32,000 nt of DNA, from NCBI RefSeq assembly GCF_000023205.1, contig NC_012803.1, positions 1,230,001 through 1,262,000 on the forward strand, in the 5' to 3' direction. The position numbers and the translations under genes are program-made. Within the stretch, counting starts at the first letter, position 1. Every line of letters begins with the position of its first letter. The DNA comes from Micrococcus luteus NCTC 2665 (GTDB lineage: Bacteria; Actinomycetota; Actinomycetes; Actinomycetales; Micrococcaceae). Of this stretch, positions 8,799 through 18,164 are shown in pieces. The notes under the pieces were generated by a model. It was given only the letters and a program-made list of their open reading frames with translations, searched no databases and was not told the DNA's origin.

Positions 8799-10271
8799 AT
8801 GACCGACCAGATCGTCCAGCGGGACTCCGCGGAGACCGCCGACCCCGGCGTGATCCAGGAGATCCTCGACAAGAACCCCGAGCTCAACGCCATCGGCGCC
8901 TACCAGTACGGCTGGGCCGACTCCGACGCGGCCGGCGAGAAGGCCGTCCGCGGTCTGAACGAGGACGTCGTGCGCGACATCTCCGGCAAGAAGGACGAGC
9001 CGGAGTGGATGCGCAACCTGCGCCTCAAGGCCCTCAAGTACTTCGAGCGCAAGCCGATGCCGGCGTGGGGCCCGGACCTGTCCGGCATCGACTTCGACAA
9101 CATCAAGTACTTCGTGCGCTCCACCGAGGGCCAGGCCAAGACCTGGGAGGACCTGCCCGAGGACATCCGCAACACCTACGAGCGCCTGGGCATCCCCGAG
9201 GCCGAGCGCGAGCGTCTCGTGGCCGGCGTCGCCGCCCAGTACGAGTCCGAGGTCGTCTACCACCAGATCCGCGAGGACCTGGAGGAGCAGGGCGTCGTGT
9301 TCCTCGACACCGACACCGCGCTCAAGGAGCACCCGGAGATCTTCGAGGAGTACTTCGGCACCGTGATCCCGGTCGGCGACAACAAGTTCGCCTCCCTGAA
9401 CACGGCCGTGTGGTCCGGCGGCTCCTTCGTGTACGTGCCCAAGGGCGTGCACGTGGAGATCCCGCTGCAGGCCTACTTCCGCATCAACACGGAGAACATG
9501 GGCCAGTTCGAGCGGACGCTGATCATCGCGGACGAGGACTCGTACGTGCACTACATCGAGGGCTGCACCGCCCCGATCTACAACTCCGACTCGCTGCACT
9601 CGGCCGTCGTGGAGATCGTGGTGAAGAAGAACGCCCGCGTGCGCTACACCACCATCCAGAACTGGTCCACGAACGTGTACAACCTCGTGACCAAGCGCGC
9701 CGTGGTCGAGGCCGGCGGCACCATGGAGTGGATCGACGGCAACATCGGCTCCAAGGTGACCATGAAGTACCCGGCCGTGTACCTGACCGGCGAGCACGCC
9801 ACCGGCGAGACCCTCTCCGTCGCGTTCGCGGGCAAGGACCAGCACCAGGACACCGGCTCCAAGATGGTGCACATGGCCCCGCACACGAACTCCTCGATCG
9901 TGTCCAAGTCCGTGGCCCGCAGCGGCGGCCGCGCCGCCTACCGCGGCCTGGTGCAGATCGCCGAGGGCGCGAACGGCTCCGCCAACTCGGTGGTGTGCGA
10001 CGCCCTGCTCGTGGACACGGTCTCCCGCTCCGACACGTACCCGTACATCGACATCCGCGAGGACGACGTGACCCTCGGCCACGAGGCGACCGTCTCGAAG
10101 GTGTCCGAGGAGCAGCTCTTCTACCTCATGAGCCGCGGCATGTCCGAGGACGAGGCCATGGCCATGATCGTGCGCGGTTTCATCGAGCCGATCGCCCGCG
10201 AGCTGCCCATGGAGTACGCGCTCGAGCTCAACAAGCTGATCGAACTGCAGATGGAAGGATCGGTGGGCTGA
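8799..10271 (+). CDS. sufB: Fe-S cluster assembly protein SufB
   Basis: 490 aa from the ATG at 8799 (GAGAGAGG RBS). Highly conserved SufB sequence ([53 protein letters not shown]). Contiguous, with no intein. Confidence 0.97.
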   Translation: MTDQIVQRDSAETADPGVIQEILDKNPELNAIGAYQYGWADSDAAGEKAVRGLNEDVVRDISGKKDEPEWMRNLRLKALKYFERKPMPAWGPDLSGIDFDNIKYFVRSTEGQAKTWEDLPEDIRNTYERLGIPEAERERLVAGVAAQYESEVVYHQIREDLEEQGVVFLDTDTALKEHPEIFEEYFGTVIPVGDNKFASLNTAVWSGGSFVYVPKGVHVEIPLQAYFRINTENMGQFERTLIIADEDSYVHYIEGCTAPIYNSDSLHSAVVEIVVKKNARVRYTTIQNWSTNVYNLVTKRAVVEAGGTMEWIDGNIGSKVTMKYPAVYLTGEHATGETLSVAFAGKDQHQDTGSKMVHMAPHTNSSIVSKSVARSGGRAAYRGLVQIAEGANGSANSVVCDALLVDTVSRSDTYPYIDIREDDVTLGHEATVSKVSEEQLFYLMSRGMSEDEAMAMIVRGFIEPIARELPMEYALELNKLIELQMEGSVG

Positions 10272-10272
10272 C

Positions 10273-11511
10273 ATGACCGACACCGTGGAGAACACCCAGC
10301 GGACCATGATCCCGGGCATGGGCGAGGAGGGCGAGAAGCTCACCGTCGCGCAGAACCCGGCCGCCCGGGCCGGGGGCCGGGAGCGCAACGCCGCGGGCTC
10401 GCGCGCCGATCGCCTCAGCTCCTTCGAGCTGTCCGACTTCCCCGTGCTCACGGGGCGCGAGGAGGACTGGCGCTTCACCCCGCTCAAGCGCCTGGGCGGG
10501 CTGCACCTGCCCGAGGGCGACGACGCGCGCCTGACCGGCGCCGCGCCCGCCGTGACCGTGGCCGAGCAGGCCGGCGTCACGGTGGAGACCGTGGCCCGCG
10601 CCGACGCCCGCGTCGGCTCCGTCCTGACCCCGGACGACCGCGTGTCCGCCGCGGCCTGGAACTCGGTCTCCGAGGCCACCGTCGTCACGATCTCCGGCGA
10701 GGTCGCCGAGCCGGTGCGCATCGACGTCGTCGGCTCCTCCGCAGACCCGGCCGCGATGCACCTGACCGTGCTCGTGGAGGAGAACGCGCAGGCCGACGTC
10801 GTGATCGCCCACCGCGGCACCGCCGTGCTGGCCCAGAACGTCGAGTTCGACGTGCGCCGCGACGCCCGCCTGAACGTGGTCGCGCTGCAGGCCTGGGAGG
10901 GCGATGCCGTGCACGTCTCGGCCCAGCAGGCCTCGGTCGCCACGAACGCGCACTTCAAGCACGTGGCCGTGTCCTACGGCGGCGGCGTGGTGCGGCTGAC
11001 CCCGACCGCGCGGTTCGCCGCCGAGCGCGGCGAGGCCGAGATGTACGGCCTGTACTTCGCCGACGCCGGTCAGCACCTCGAGAACCGCCTGTTCGTGGAC
11101 CACAACCAGCCGGACTGCGTCTCGAACGTGCTCTACAAGGGCGCCCTGCAGGGCACGGACGCGCGCACCGTGTGGGTGGGCGACGTGCTGATCCGCAAGG
11201 AGGCCGAGGGCACGGACACGTACGAGAAGAACCAGAACCTGCTGCTCTCCGACGGGGCGCGCGCGGACTCGGTGCCGAACCTGGAGATCGAGACCGGCGT
11301 GATCGAGGGTGCGGGCCACGCGTCCGCGACCGGCCGCTTCGACGAGACCCAGCTGTTCTACCTGATGGCCCGCGGCATCCCCGAGACCGAGGCCCGCCGC
11401 CTGATCGTGCGCGGCTTCCTCAACGAGATCATCCAGAAGATCGGTGTCGGCGACGTCGAGGACGAGCTGACCGCCGTCATGGAGGACGAGCTCCGCATCG
11501 CGCAGCTCTGA
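10273..11511 (+). CDS. sufD: Fe-S cluster assembly protein SufD
   Basis: 412 aa, starting 1 nt after the sufB stop. SufD C-terminal beta-helix region (LYKGALQGTDARTVWVGDVLIRKEAEGTDTYEKNQNLLLSD...LFYLMARGI). Confidence 0.93.
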   Translation: MTDTVENTQRTMIPGMGEEGEKLTVAQNPAARAGGRERNAAGSRADRLSSFELSDFPVLTGREEDWRFTPLKRLGGLHLPEGDDARLTGAAPAVTVAEQAGVTVETVARADARVGSVLTPDDRVSAAAWNSVSEATVVTISGEVAEPVRIDVVGSSADPAAMHLTVLVEENAQADVVIAHRGTAVLAQNVEFDVRRDARLNVVALQAWEGDAVHVSAQQASVATNAHFKHVAVSYGGGVVRLTPTARFAAERGEAEMYGLYFADAGQHLENRLFVDHNQPDCVSNVLYKGALQGTDARTVWVGDVLIRKEAEGTDTYEKNQNLLLSDGARADSVPNLEIETGVIEGAGHASATGRFDETQLFYLMARGIPETEARRLIVRGFLNEIIQKIGVGDVEDELTAVMEDELRIAQL

Positions 11512-11557
11512 CCGACGCCCCGCAGACCCCACCGCCTTCCACCCGAGGAGAACCACC

Positions 11558-12322
11558 ATGGCAACCCTGCAGATCACCGACCTGCACGTGCAGATCGCGA
11601 CCGAGAACGGCCCCAAGGAGATCCTGAAGGGCCTCTCCCTGACCATCGAGACGGGCGAGACCCACGCGATCATGGGCCCGAACGGCTCCGGCAAGTCCAC
11701 CCTGGCCTCGACCATCGCCGGCCACCCGCGCTACGAGGTCACCTCCGGCTCCATCACGCTCGACGGCGAGGACGTGCTGGAGATGAGCGTCGACGAGCGC
11801 GCGCAGGCCGGCCTCTTCCTGGCCATGCAGTACCCCGTGGAGATCCCGGGCGTCACCATGACCAACTTCCTGCGCACCGCCAAGACCGCGCTCGACGGCC
11901 AGGCCCCCTCGCTGCGCACCTGGACCAAGGACGTCAAGGGCGCCTTCGAGGCCCTGCAGATCGACCCGGCGTTCATGAACCGCAACGTCAACGAGGGCTT
12001 CTCCGGCGGCGAGAAGAAGCGCGCCGAGATCCTCCAGCTCGAGCTGTTCAAGCCCAAGTTCGCGATCCTCGACGAGACCGACTCCGGCCTCGACGTCGAC
12101 GCGCTGCGCATCGTCTCCGAGGGCGTCAACCGCGCCCAGGCGCAGAACGAGATGGGCACCCTGCTGATCACCCACTACACGCGGATCCTCAACTACATCA
12201 AGCCGGATCACGTGCACGTGCTGGTGGACGGCCGCGTCGCCGAGTCCGGCGGCCCGGAGCTCGCCGAGCAGCTCGAGGCCGAGGGCTACGCCCGCTTCGA
12301 GAAGGCCGCGGCGGGGGCCTGA
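11558..12322 (+). CDS. sufC: Fe-S cluster assembly ATPase SufC
   Basis: 254 aa. Walker A GPNGSGKST, the SufC-type signature FSGGEKKR, Walker B ILDETDSGLD, THY. GAGGAG RBS. Confidence 0.97.
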   Translation: MATLQITDLHVQIATENGPKEILKGLSLTIETGETHAIMGPNGSGKSTLASTIAGHPRYEVTSGSITLDGEDVLEMSVDERAQAGLFLAMQYPVEIPGVTMTNFLRTAKTALDGQAPSLRTWTKDVKGAFEALQIDPAFMNRNVNEGFSGGEKKRAEILQLELFKPKFAILDETDSGLDVDALRIVSEGVNRAQAQNEMGTLLITHYTRILNYIKPDHVHVLVDGRVAESGGPELAEQLEAEGYARFEKAAAGA

Positions 12323-12323
12323 G

Positions 12324-12650
12324 ATGACGGAGACCACGAACCAGGCGCCCACGGAGGACATCCGTGAGGCCCTCAAGGACGTGATCGACCCGGAGCTGGG
12401 CGTCAACGTCGTGGACCTGGGCCTGCTCTACGGGCTGCACTACGCCGACGACGGCGCGCTGCTCGTGGACATGACCCTGACCACCGCGGCCTGCCCGCTC
12501 ACGGACGAGATCGAGGACCAGGTCTCCCGCGCGATCGGCACCATGGTGGACGAGTGGCGGCTGAACTGGGTCTGGATGCCCCCGTGGGGCCCCGAGCGGA
12601 TCACCGAGGACGGCCGCGACCAGATGCGCGCCCTCGGCTTCAACATCTGA
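12324..12650 (+). CDS. sufT: metal-sulfur cluster assembly factor SufT (DUF59/MIP18 family)
   Basis: 108 aa. DUF59 hallmarks: DVIDPELGVNVVDLGLLY and the conserved Cys in TTAACPL. It starts 1 nt after the sufC stop. Confidence 0.85.
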   Translation: MTETTNQAPTEDIREALKDVIDPELGVNVVDLGLLYGLHYADDGALLVDMTLTTAACPLTDEIEDQVSRAIGTMVDEWRLNWVWMPPWGPERITEDGRDQMRALGFNI

Positions 12651-12660
12651 TCCGGCCCGG

Positions 12661-12715
12661 ACCACGACGGCGGCCCGTCACCTTCTGCGCGAAGGTGACG
12701 GGCCGCCGTCGTGGT
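12661..12715. terminator. bidirectional hairpin between convergent sufT and the Zn peptidase gene
   Basis: Perfect 24-bp stem ACCACGACGGCGGCCCGTCACCTT / AAGGTGACGGGCCGCCGTCGTGGT with a 7-nt loop CTGCGCG. Confidence 0.75.
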
Positions 12716-12758
12716 GGGGGAGTGCGGACGGGCCCGCAGGTGCCCCGGGGCTCCCGGC

Positions 12759-13706
12759 TCAGATGTCCAGGGAGGAGGCCCGGAACGTGTCGCACTGACG
12801 GATGTCCGGCTCCTGCTGGGAGCTCTGGTAGCCGCGCATGAACCAGGCCATGCGCTGCTCGGAGGTGCCGTGCGTGAACGCCTCGGGGTCCACCCGACCG
12901 GTGTGGGTGGACTGGATGCGGTCATCGCCCACGGCGGAGGCCGCGTCGATGGCCTGGCGCAGCTGGTCCCGCGAGATCGGCTTCAGGAACGGCGCGCCGG
13001 ACTCGGGGTCCACGGTGGAGGCGGCGTGCCCGGCCCACATGCCGGCGAAGCAGTCGGCCTGCAGCTCCGCGCGCACGGCGCCGGAGGTCGGGCCGGTGGT
13101 CCCGTCCTTGGAGTGCTGCAGGTAGCCGGTGACGTGCTGGACGTGGTGGCCGTACTCGTGCGCCACGATGTACTCCTCCGCCAGCGGCCCGCCCTCGGCG
13201 CCGAAGTCGGTCTGCAGCGTATCGAAGAACGCGGTGTCGAAGTACATGGACTCGTCCGCCGGGCAGTAGAACGGGCCCGTGGCCGAGGAGGCGCTGCCGC
13301 AGCCGGTGCTCACGCCGCCCTGGAACAGGGTGAGCTGCGGCTGGCGCCACTGGATGTCCGAGAACTGCGCGAGGTACTCGCCCCAGAACTCGTCCGCGGC
13401 CTCGGTGGTCGCGATGACGCGGCAGTCCGTGTTCTGGTTGGCGTCCGCACCGCTGGCGCACTCCTCGTCCGAGAGGGGCTGGCTCTGGCCGCCCGGGCCC
13501 GTCTGCTGCTGGTACTGGCTCTGGCCGACGGACCCGCCACCCGTGTCGATCCCGAGCTGCTCGGCCAGCCCGGGGGCGAAGATCGCGAGCAGCAACGCGA
13601 GCAGGCCGCCGCCACCGCCGATGGCGATGCCCCGGCCCCCCAGCCCGCCGCCACCGCCCGATCGGGCCCGGCCGGCGTCGATCTGCACGTTCTCGTTGAA
13701 GCTCAT
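12759..13706 (-). CDS. neutral zinc metallopeptidase (YpfJ / Zn_peptidase family), membrane anchored
   Basis: Gly-rich N-terminus followed by a TM segment (GGGGLLALLLAIFAPGL). Zincin motif AHEYGHHVQH. The ATG at 13706 (MSFNENVQ) is preferred over the track start at 13790, which would overlap the divergent promoter. Confidence 0.85.
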   Translation of the reverse strand: MSFNENVQIDAGRARSGGGGGLGGRGIAIGGGGGLLALLLAIFAPGLAEQLGIDTGGGSVGQSQYQQQTGPGGQSQPLSDEECASGADANQNTDCRVIATTEAADEFWGEYLAQFSDIQWRQPQLTLFQGGVSTGCGSASSATGPFYCPADESMYFDTAFFDTLQTDFGAEGGPLAEEYIVAHEYGHHVQHVTGYLQHSKDGTTGPTSGAVRAELQADCFAGMWAGHAASTVDPESGAPFLKPISRDQLRQAIDAASAVGDDRIQSTHTGRVDPEAFTHGTSEQRMAWFMRGYQSSQQEPDIRQCDTFRASSLDI

Positions 13707-13714
13707 GGGGCCAG

Positions 13715-13720
13715 AGTGTA
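13715..13720 (-). promoter_or_regulatory. candidate -10 box TACACT for the Zn peptidase gene, leaderless
   Basis: On the minus strand: TACACT, then 8 nt, then ATG 13706. Confidence 0.4.
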
Positions 13721-13727
13721 GACGGAC

Positions 13728-13733
13728 TAGACT
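13728..13733 (+). promoter_or_regulatory. candidate -10 box TAGACT(GGC) for the ABC-F gene
   Basis: TAnnnT hexamer about 95 nt upstream of ATG 13829. It lies back-to-back with the peptidase -10, 7 bp away. Confidence 0.4.
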
Positions 13734-13828
13734 GGCCCGGCACCGCAGTGGCCCCCGCCCGTCGAGGTCGGCCGGGCCCCGCCGGTGCACCCCTGTTCTT
13801 CCCTCGACCCCTGGAGTCTGACACCCCC

Positions 13829-15427
13829 ATGCTGACCGTCACCGATGTCGAACTGCGCGTGGGCGCCCGTCTCCTCATGGACGAGGTGAACTTCCGCGTG
13901 GACAAGGGGGACAAGGTCGGCCTCGTGGGGCGCAACGGCGCCGGCAAGACGACGCTGACCAAGGTCCTGGCCGGCGGCGGGCAGCCCACGGCGGGCACCG
14001 TGACCCGGACCGGTCGCATCGGCTACCTGCCCCAGGACCCCAAGGTCGAGGACATGGACCAGTCCGGCCGTGACCGCATCCTCTCCGCCCGCGACCTGGA
14101 CCAGACCATCCGGCGCATGCGCGAGGCCGAGGCCGGGATGGCCGCCGTCGACGACGCAGAGCGGGAGCGGGCGATGAACCGCTACTCCCGCCTGGAGGCG
14201 GAGTTCGAGGCCCGCGGCGGCTACGCAGCCGAGTCCGAGGCCGCCCGGATCACGTCCAACCTCGGCCTGCCGGACCGCGTCCTGGACCAGCCGCTGCACA
14301 CCCTCTCCGGCGGCCAGCGCCGCCGCGTGGAGCTCGCCCGCATCCTCTTCTCCGACGCGGACATCCTGCTGCTGGACGAGCCCACCAACCACCTCGACCA
14401 CGACTCGATCGTGTGGCTTCGCGACTACCTGAAGACCTACTCCGGCGGCCTCCTGATGATCTCGCACGACGTGGAGCTCATGGAGATGACCGTGAACAAG
14501 GTCCTCTACCTGGACGCGAACCGGCAGACCATGGACGTCTACAACATGACGTGGAAGAACTACCTCGCCCAGCGCCAGCAGGACGAGGCGCGCCGCCACC
14601 GGGAGTTCGCCAACGCGGAGAAGAAGGCCTCGGCCCTCATGGCCCAGGCCGAGAAGATGCGTGCCAAGGCGACCAAGGCCACCGCCGCGCAGAACATGAT
14701 CAAGCGCGCCGAGCGGCTCATGCGCGGCGTCGAGGGCGAGCGCGCGGTCGACCGCGTGGCCGCGATCCGCTTCCCCACCCCGCAGGCCTCCGGCAAGACG
14801 CCGCTGCGCGCCGAGAACCTCTCCAAGTCCTACGGCTCGCTCGAGATCTTCACGGGAGTGGACCTGGCGATCGACCGCGGCTCGCGGGTGGTGATCCTGG
14901 GCTACAACGGCGCCGGCAAGACGACGCTGCTGCGCATGCTCGCCGGGGAGGAGACCCCGGACACCGGCGAGGTCCAGGCGGGCCACGGGCTCAAGCTGGG
15001 CTACTTCGCCCAGGAGCACGACACCCTGGACCAGGACGCGTCCGTCCTGGACAACATGCGCCACGCCGCCCCGCAGCTCGGCGACACCCAGGCGCGCACG
15101 CTGCTCGGCTCGTTCCTCTTCCAGGGCGACGACGTCGACAAGCCCGCCCGCGTCCTCTCCGGCGGCGAGAAGACCCGCCTGGCGCTGGCCACGCTCGTGG
15201 CCTCGAGCGCGAACGTGCTGCTGCTGGACGAGCCCACGAACAACCTCGACCCCGCCAGCCGCGAGGAGATCCTCCACGCGCTGCGCCAGTACGAGGGCGC
15301 CGTGGTGCTCGTGACCCACGACGAGGGCGCCGTCGAGGCGCTCGACCCCGAGCGCGTGGTGCTGCTGCCGGACGGGGTCGAGGACCTCTGGAACGACGAC
15401 TACAGGGACCTCATCACCCTGGCCTGA
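13829..15427 (+). CDS. ABC-F family ATPase (two NBDs, no TMD)
   Basis: 532 aa from the ATG at 13829. Two Walker A sites (GRNGAGKTT, GYNGAGKTT), two signatures (LSGGQRRR, LSGGEKTR), and a charged inter-domain linker (QRQQDEARRHREFANAEKKA). Confidence 0.92.
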   Translation: MLTVTDVELRVGARLLMDEVNFRVDKGDKVGLVGRNGAGKTTLTKVLAGGGQPTAGTVTRTGRIGYLPQDPKVEDMDQSGRDRILSARDLDQTIRRMREAEAGMAAVDDAERERAMNRYSRLEAEFEARGGYAAESEAARITSNLGLPDRVLDQPLHTLSGGQRRRVELARILFSDADILLLDEPTNHLDHDSIVWLRDYLKTYSGGLLMISHDVELMEMTVNKVLYLDANRQTMDVYNMTWKNYLAQRQQDEARRHREFANAEKKASALMAQAEKMRAKATKATAAQNMIKRAERLMRGVEGERAVDRVAAIRFPTPQASGKTPLRAENLSKSYGSLEIFTGVDLAIDRGSRVVILGYNGAGKTTLLRMLAGEETPDTGEVQAGHGLKLGYFAQEHDTLDQDASVLDNMRHAAPQLGDTQARTLLGSFLFQGDDVDKPARVLSGGEKTRLALATLVASSANVLLLDEPTNNLDPASREEILHALRQYEGAVVLVTHDEGAVEALDPERVVLLPDGVEDLWNDDYRDLITLA

Positions 15428-15457
15428 GTGCGCGGGCCGCCGAGGCGGAGGGCGGGA

Positions 15458-16375
15458 TCAGTCGAAGAGCGCGTCCTCGGCCTCCTCGTCCGTGAGCAGC
15501 CCGTCGCGCCGCCGCCGGACCGGCTTGGGACGGGGGGCCCTCTGCGCGGAGAGCAGCCCGTCGTCCGCGGCGCCGTCGAGGGCGTCGGCCCGATCGTTGC
15601 GGGCGCGCATCCACGCGGAGTACCCCCACACCCCGAAGCCCATGGCCGCGAACAGGTACCACTGGATCGCGTAGGACAGATGCGGGCCCTCGTCCAGGGT
15701 GGGCTCGACGAGCTTCTGCGGCATCGACCCCACCGCCGGGTCCTCCGTGACCATGATCCCGTAGGCCGTCCCGGCCACGGGCCCGCCCACGGTGTCGGCG
15801 ATCTCGGCGAGGTCGATCGAGGGCACCTGGCCGTCCGGGGCGTCGCGGTCCAGGGCCGGCTCCCCGGGCTTGACCCGCACCACGACCTCGGCGTGGCCGG
15901 CGGGCGGGGCCGGCACGGCGTCCGGCTGACCCGGGCTGTTGCCCACCGGGAGCCAGCCGCGGTCCACCACGACGACGGGGCCCTCGTCCGTCCGGAACGG
16001 CACGAGCACCTCGTAGCCGGGCTGGCCGGCGCGGGGACGGTTGCGGACGATGAGCGTCTCGTCGACGAGGTACTCGCCGGTCAGTGTCACGGGCGTCCAC
16101 TCGTCCTCGGTCTGGAACGCGGTGAACAGCCGGGAGGCCTCGGCGAACGGGACCGGGTCGTCGTCGTAGTTCTCCAGGACGCGGTTGACGCGGTGCTGGA
16201 CCTCCACGCGGCGGTCCCACTGCCACTGGGCGAGCGCGTGGCACAGGAATGCGAAGAGGACGCACACCACGAAGCCGAGGATCCACGGGCCGGTGGCGAG
16301 GAAGCCGAAGCGCAGGGGAGGCAGGCGTTGGGCGTCGCGGGCGGTCGGGGCCGTCATGGGGGCGGGGGTGCTCAT
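15458..16375 (-). CDS. SURF1-family cytochrome oxidase biogenesis protein
   Basis: 305 aa from the ATG at 16375. N-terminal TM with the AQWQWDRR motif, periplasmic RGWLPVG, and a C-terminal TM (YAIQWYLFAAMGFGVWGY), all typical of SURF1/Shy1. The start overlaps the upstream stop (ATGA). Confidence 0.8.
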   Translation of the reverse strand: MSTPAPMTAPTARDAQRLPPLRFGFLATGPWILGFVVCVLFAFLCHALAQWQWDRRVEVQHRVNRVLENYDDDPVPFAEASRLFTAFQTEDEWTPVTLTGEYLVDETLIVRNRPRAGQPGYEVLVPFRTDEGPVVVVDRGWLPVGNSPGQPDAVPAPPAGHAEVVVRVKPGEPALDRDAPDGQVPSIDLAEIADTVGGPVAGTAYGIMVTEDPAVGSMPQKLVEPTLDEGPHLSYAIQWYLFAAMGFGVWGYSAWMRARNDRADALDGAADDGLLSAQRAPRPKPVRRRRDGLLTDEEAEDALFD

Positions 16376-16743
16376 GGGCGCGGGGGCTCCTGCGGGGTCT
16401 CGGGCGTGTCGACCTCGGGCGCCTCCGTGGCGGGCGGGTCGAGCGGGCGGGAGCGCCGCAGGAAGCCGCGGGCGCTCAGGAAGTCGTCCAGGAATGGCCG
16501 ATGGTCCACGCAGGCCAGCCAGGTCTTCACCCGGTCCGGGGCGTGGACGCGCGGGTTGTTCCACTCCAGGGCCCAGGCGGCCTCCGCGGTGCAGCCGCGA
16601 CGCGAGCAGACCGGCCGCTCGGGCCCGTCCGCGGCGGCGTGCGGGGATCGGGCGGTGGAGGCACCGGCGGCGGGGTCGAGGCGGCCGGACGCGAGGGCGC
16701 CCAGCAGGTCGATGCCCGGCTCACCCGGGACCGCGCCGGTCAC
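16372..16743 (-). CDS. conserved hypothetical small protein with a C-x4-C...C-x2-H cluster
   Basis: 123 aa from GTG 16743, which overlaps the DUF3099 stop (GTGA). The stop overlaps the SURF1 start. Sequence ...PVCSRRGCTAEAAWALEWNNPRVHAPDRVKTWLACVDHRPFLDDFLSARGFL. The third codon position is GC-rich, as in neighbouring genes. No family recognised. Confidence 0.55.
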   Translation of the reverse strand: MTGAVPGEPGIDLLGALASGRLDPAAGASTARSPHAAADGPERPVCSRRGCTAEAAWALEWNNPRVHAPDRVKTWLACVDHRPFLDDFLSARGFLRRSRPLDPPATEAPEVDTPETPQEPPRP

Positions 16744-17207
16744 GCGGCGCCCCGTCCGGGCAGGCCGGGACCGCCGGCGGACGAGGACCCTCGGCCCAGC
16801 GCCCGGGGCGCACGGTCGCGCGGGTCGTCCACGAGGTCGCCGGTGAGCACGACCGGCTCGGGCGCCGCCGTGTCGTCGGGGCGGGGCGCCAGAGCCGGTC
16901 CCTGGGCGGGCACGGCGCGCAAGGTGCCGGCCTGCTGGGGGCCGGTGTTGTTCACGCGCACGACGGCGACGTAGGGCAGCACGACCGCGCCGAGGATGAA
17001 CCCGAGCTGCCACCAGCCGTGGGCGAAGAGCGCGGCGAGGAAGCAGGCGGTGCGGACCAGCATCTGGACCAGGTAGACCCTCATGCGCGCCTCCCGGTCC
17101 GCGCTGCGGCCGGCGGCGGCGGTGGTGACCCCCTGGACCTCCGGTGTCGCCCCGCGCCCGGCGCGGGCGGGACGGCCGGCTCGGGAGCCGGCGGCGGAGC
17201 TGGTCAT
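16740..17207 (-). CDS. DUF3099-like small membrane protein
   Basis: 155 aa from the ATG at 17207, which is preceded by AGGAGG at a 7-nt spacing. Two adjacent TM helices (RMRVYLVQMLVRTACFLAALFAHGWWQLGFILGAVVLPYVAVV) match my recollection of DUF3099. Confidence 0.7.
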   Translation of the reverse strand: MTSSAAGSRAGRPARAGRGATPEVQGVTTAAAGRSADREARMRVYLVQMLVRTACFLAALFAHGWWQLGFILGAVVLPYVAVVRVNNTGPQQAGTLRAVPAQGPALAPRPDDTAAPEPVVLTGDLVDDPRDRAPRALGRGSSSAGGPGLPGRGAA

Positions 17208-17263
17208 GGCGCATCCTCCTGGAACGTCGCGCCCTGCGGAGGGCCCCCGTGCGGCCGCGGACG

Positions 17264-18127
<864 letters not shown>

Positions 18128-18164
18128 CGACCACCGACCGCTGAGCAGACAGGAAGCACAGAAC

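Noticed and set aside
8799-10271. Possible intein in SufB, as found in some mycobacteria
   Set aside because: The protein is a contiguous ~490 aa with the usual SufB blocks adjacent to each other. There is no insertion and no Cys/Ser...HN splice-junction signature.
8781-10958. 725-aa minus-strand ORF antisense to sufB and sufD
   Set aside because: Shadow ORF opposite two highly conserved genes. The second half is a monotonous run of H, V, G, D and L with no recognisable fold signature.
13748-13828. In-frame 27-codon N-terminal extension of the ABC-F ORF (GTG 13748)
   Set aside because: The extension is Pro/Arg/Gly-rich. It would begin only about 15 nt after the candidate -10 box, and ABC-F proteins normally start right at the first beta-strand (MLTVTDVELRVG). 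It is more likely a 5' UTR. I could not demonstrate a leader peptide or an attenuator.
13727-15319. 530-aa minus-strand ORF and other ORFs (12922..14019, 14413..15495) overlapping the ABC-F gene and the peptidase gene
   Set aside because: These are shadow ORFs. The ABC-F gene (double Walker A and signature motifs) and the HEYGHH peptidase account for the region.
15428-15457. Terminator in the 30-bp gap between the convergent ABC-F and SURF1 genes
   Set aside because: Only a 5-bp CCGCC/GGCGG pairing is possible, which is not convincing. It is the one convergent junction in the window without a strong hairpin.
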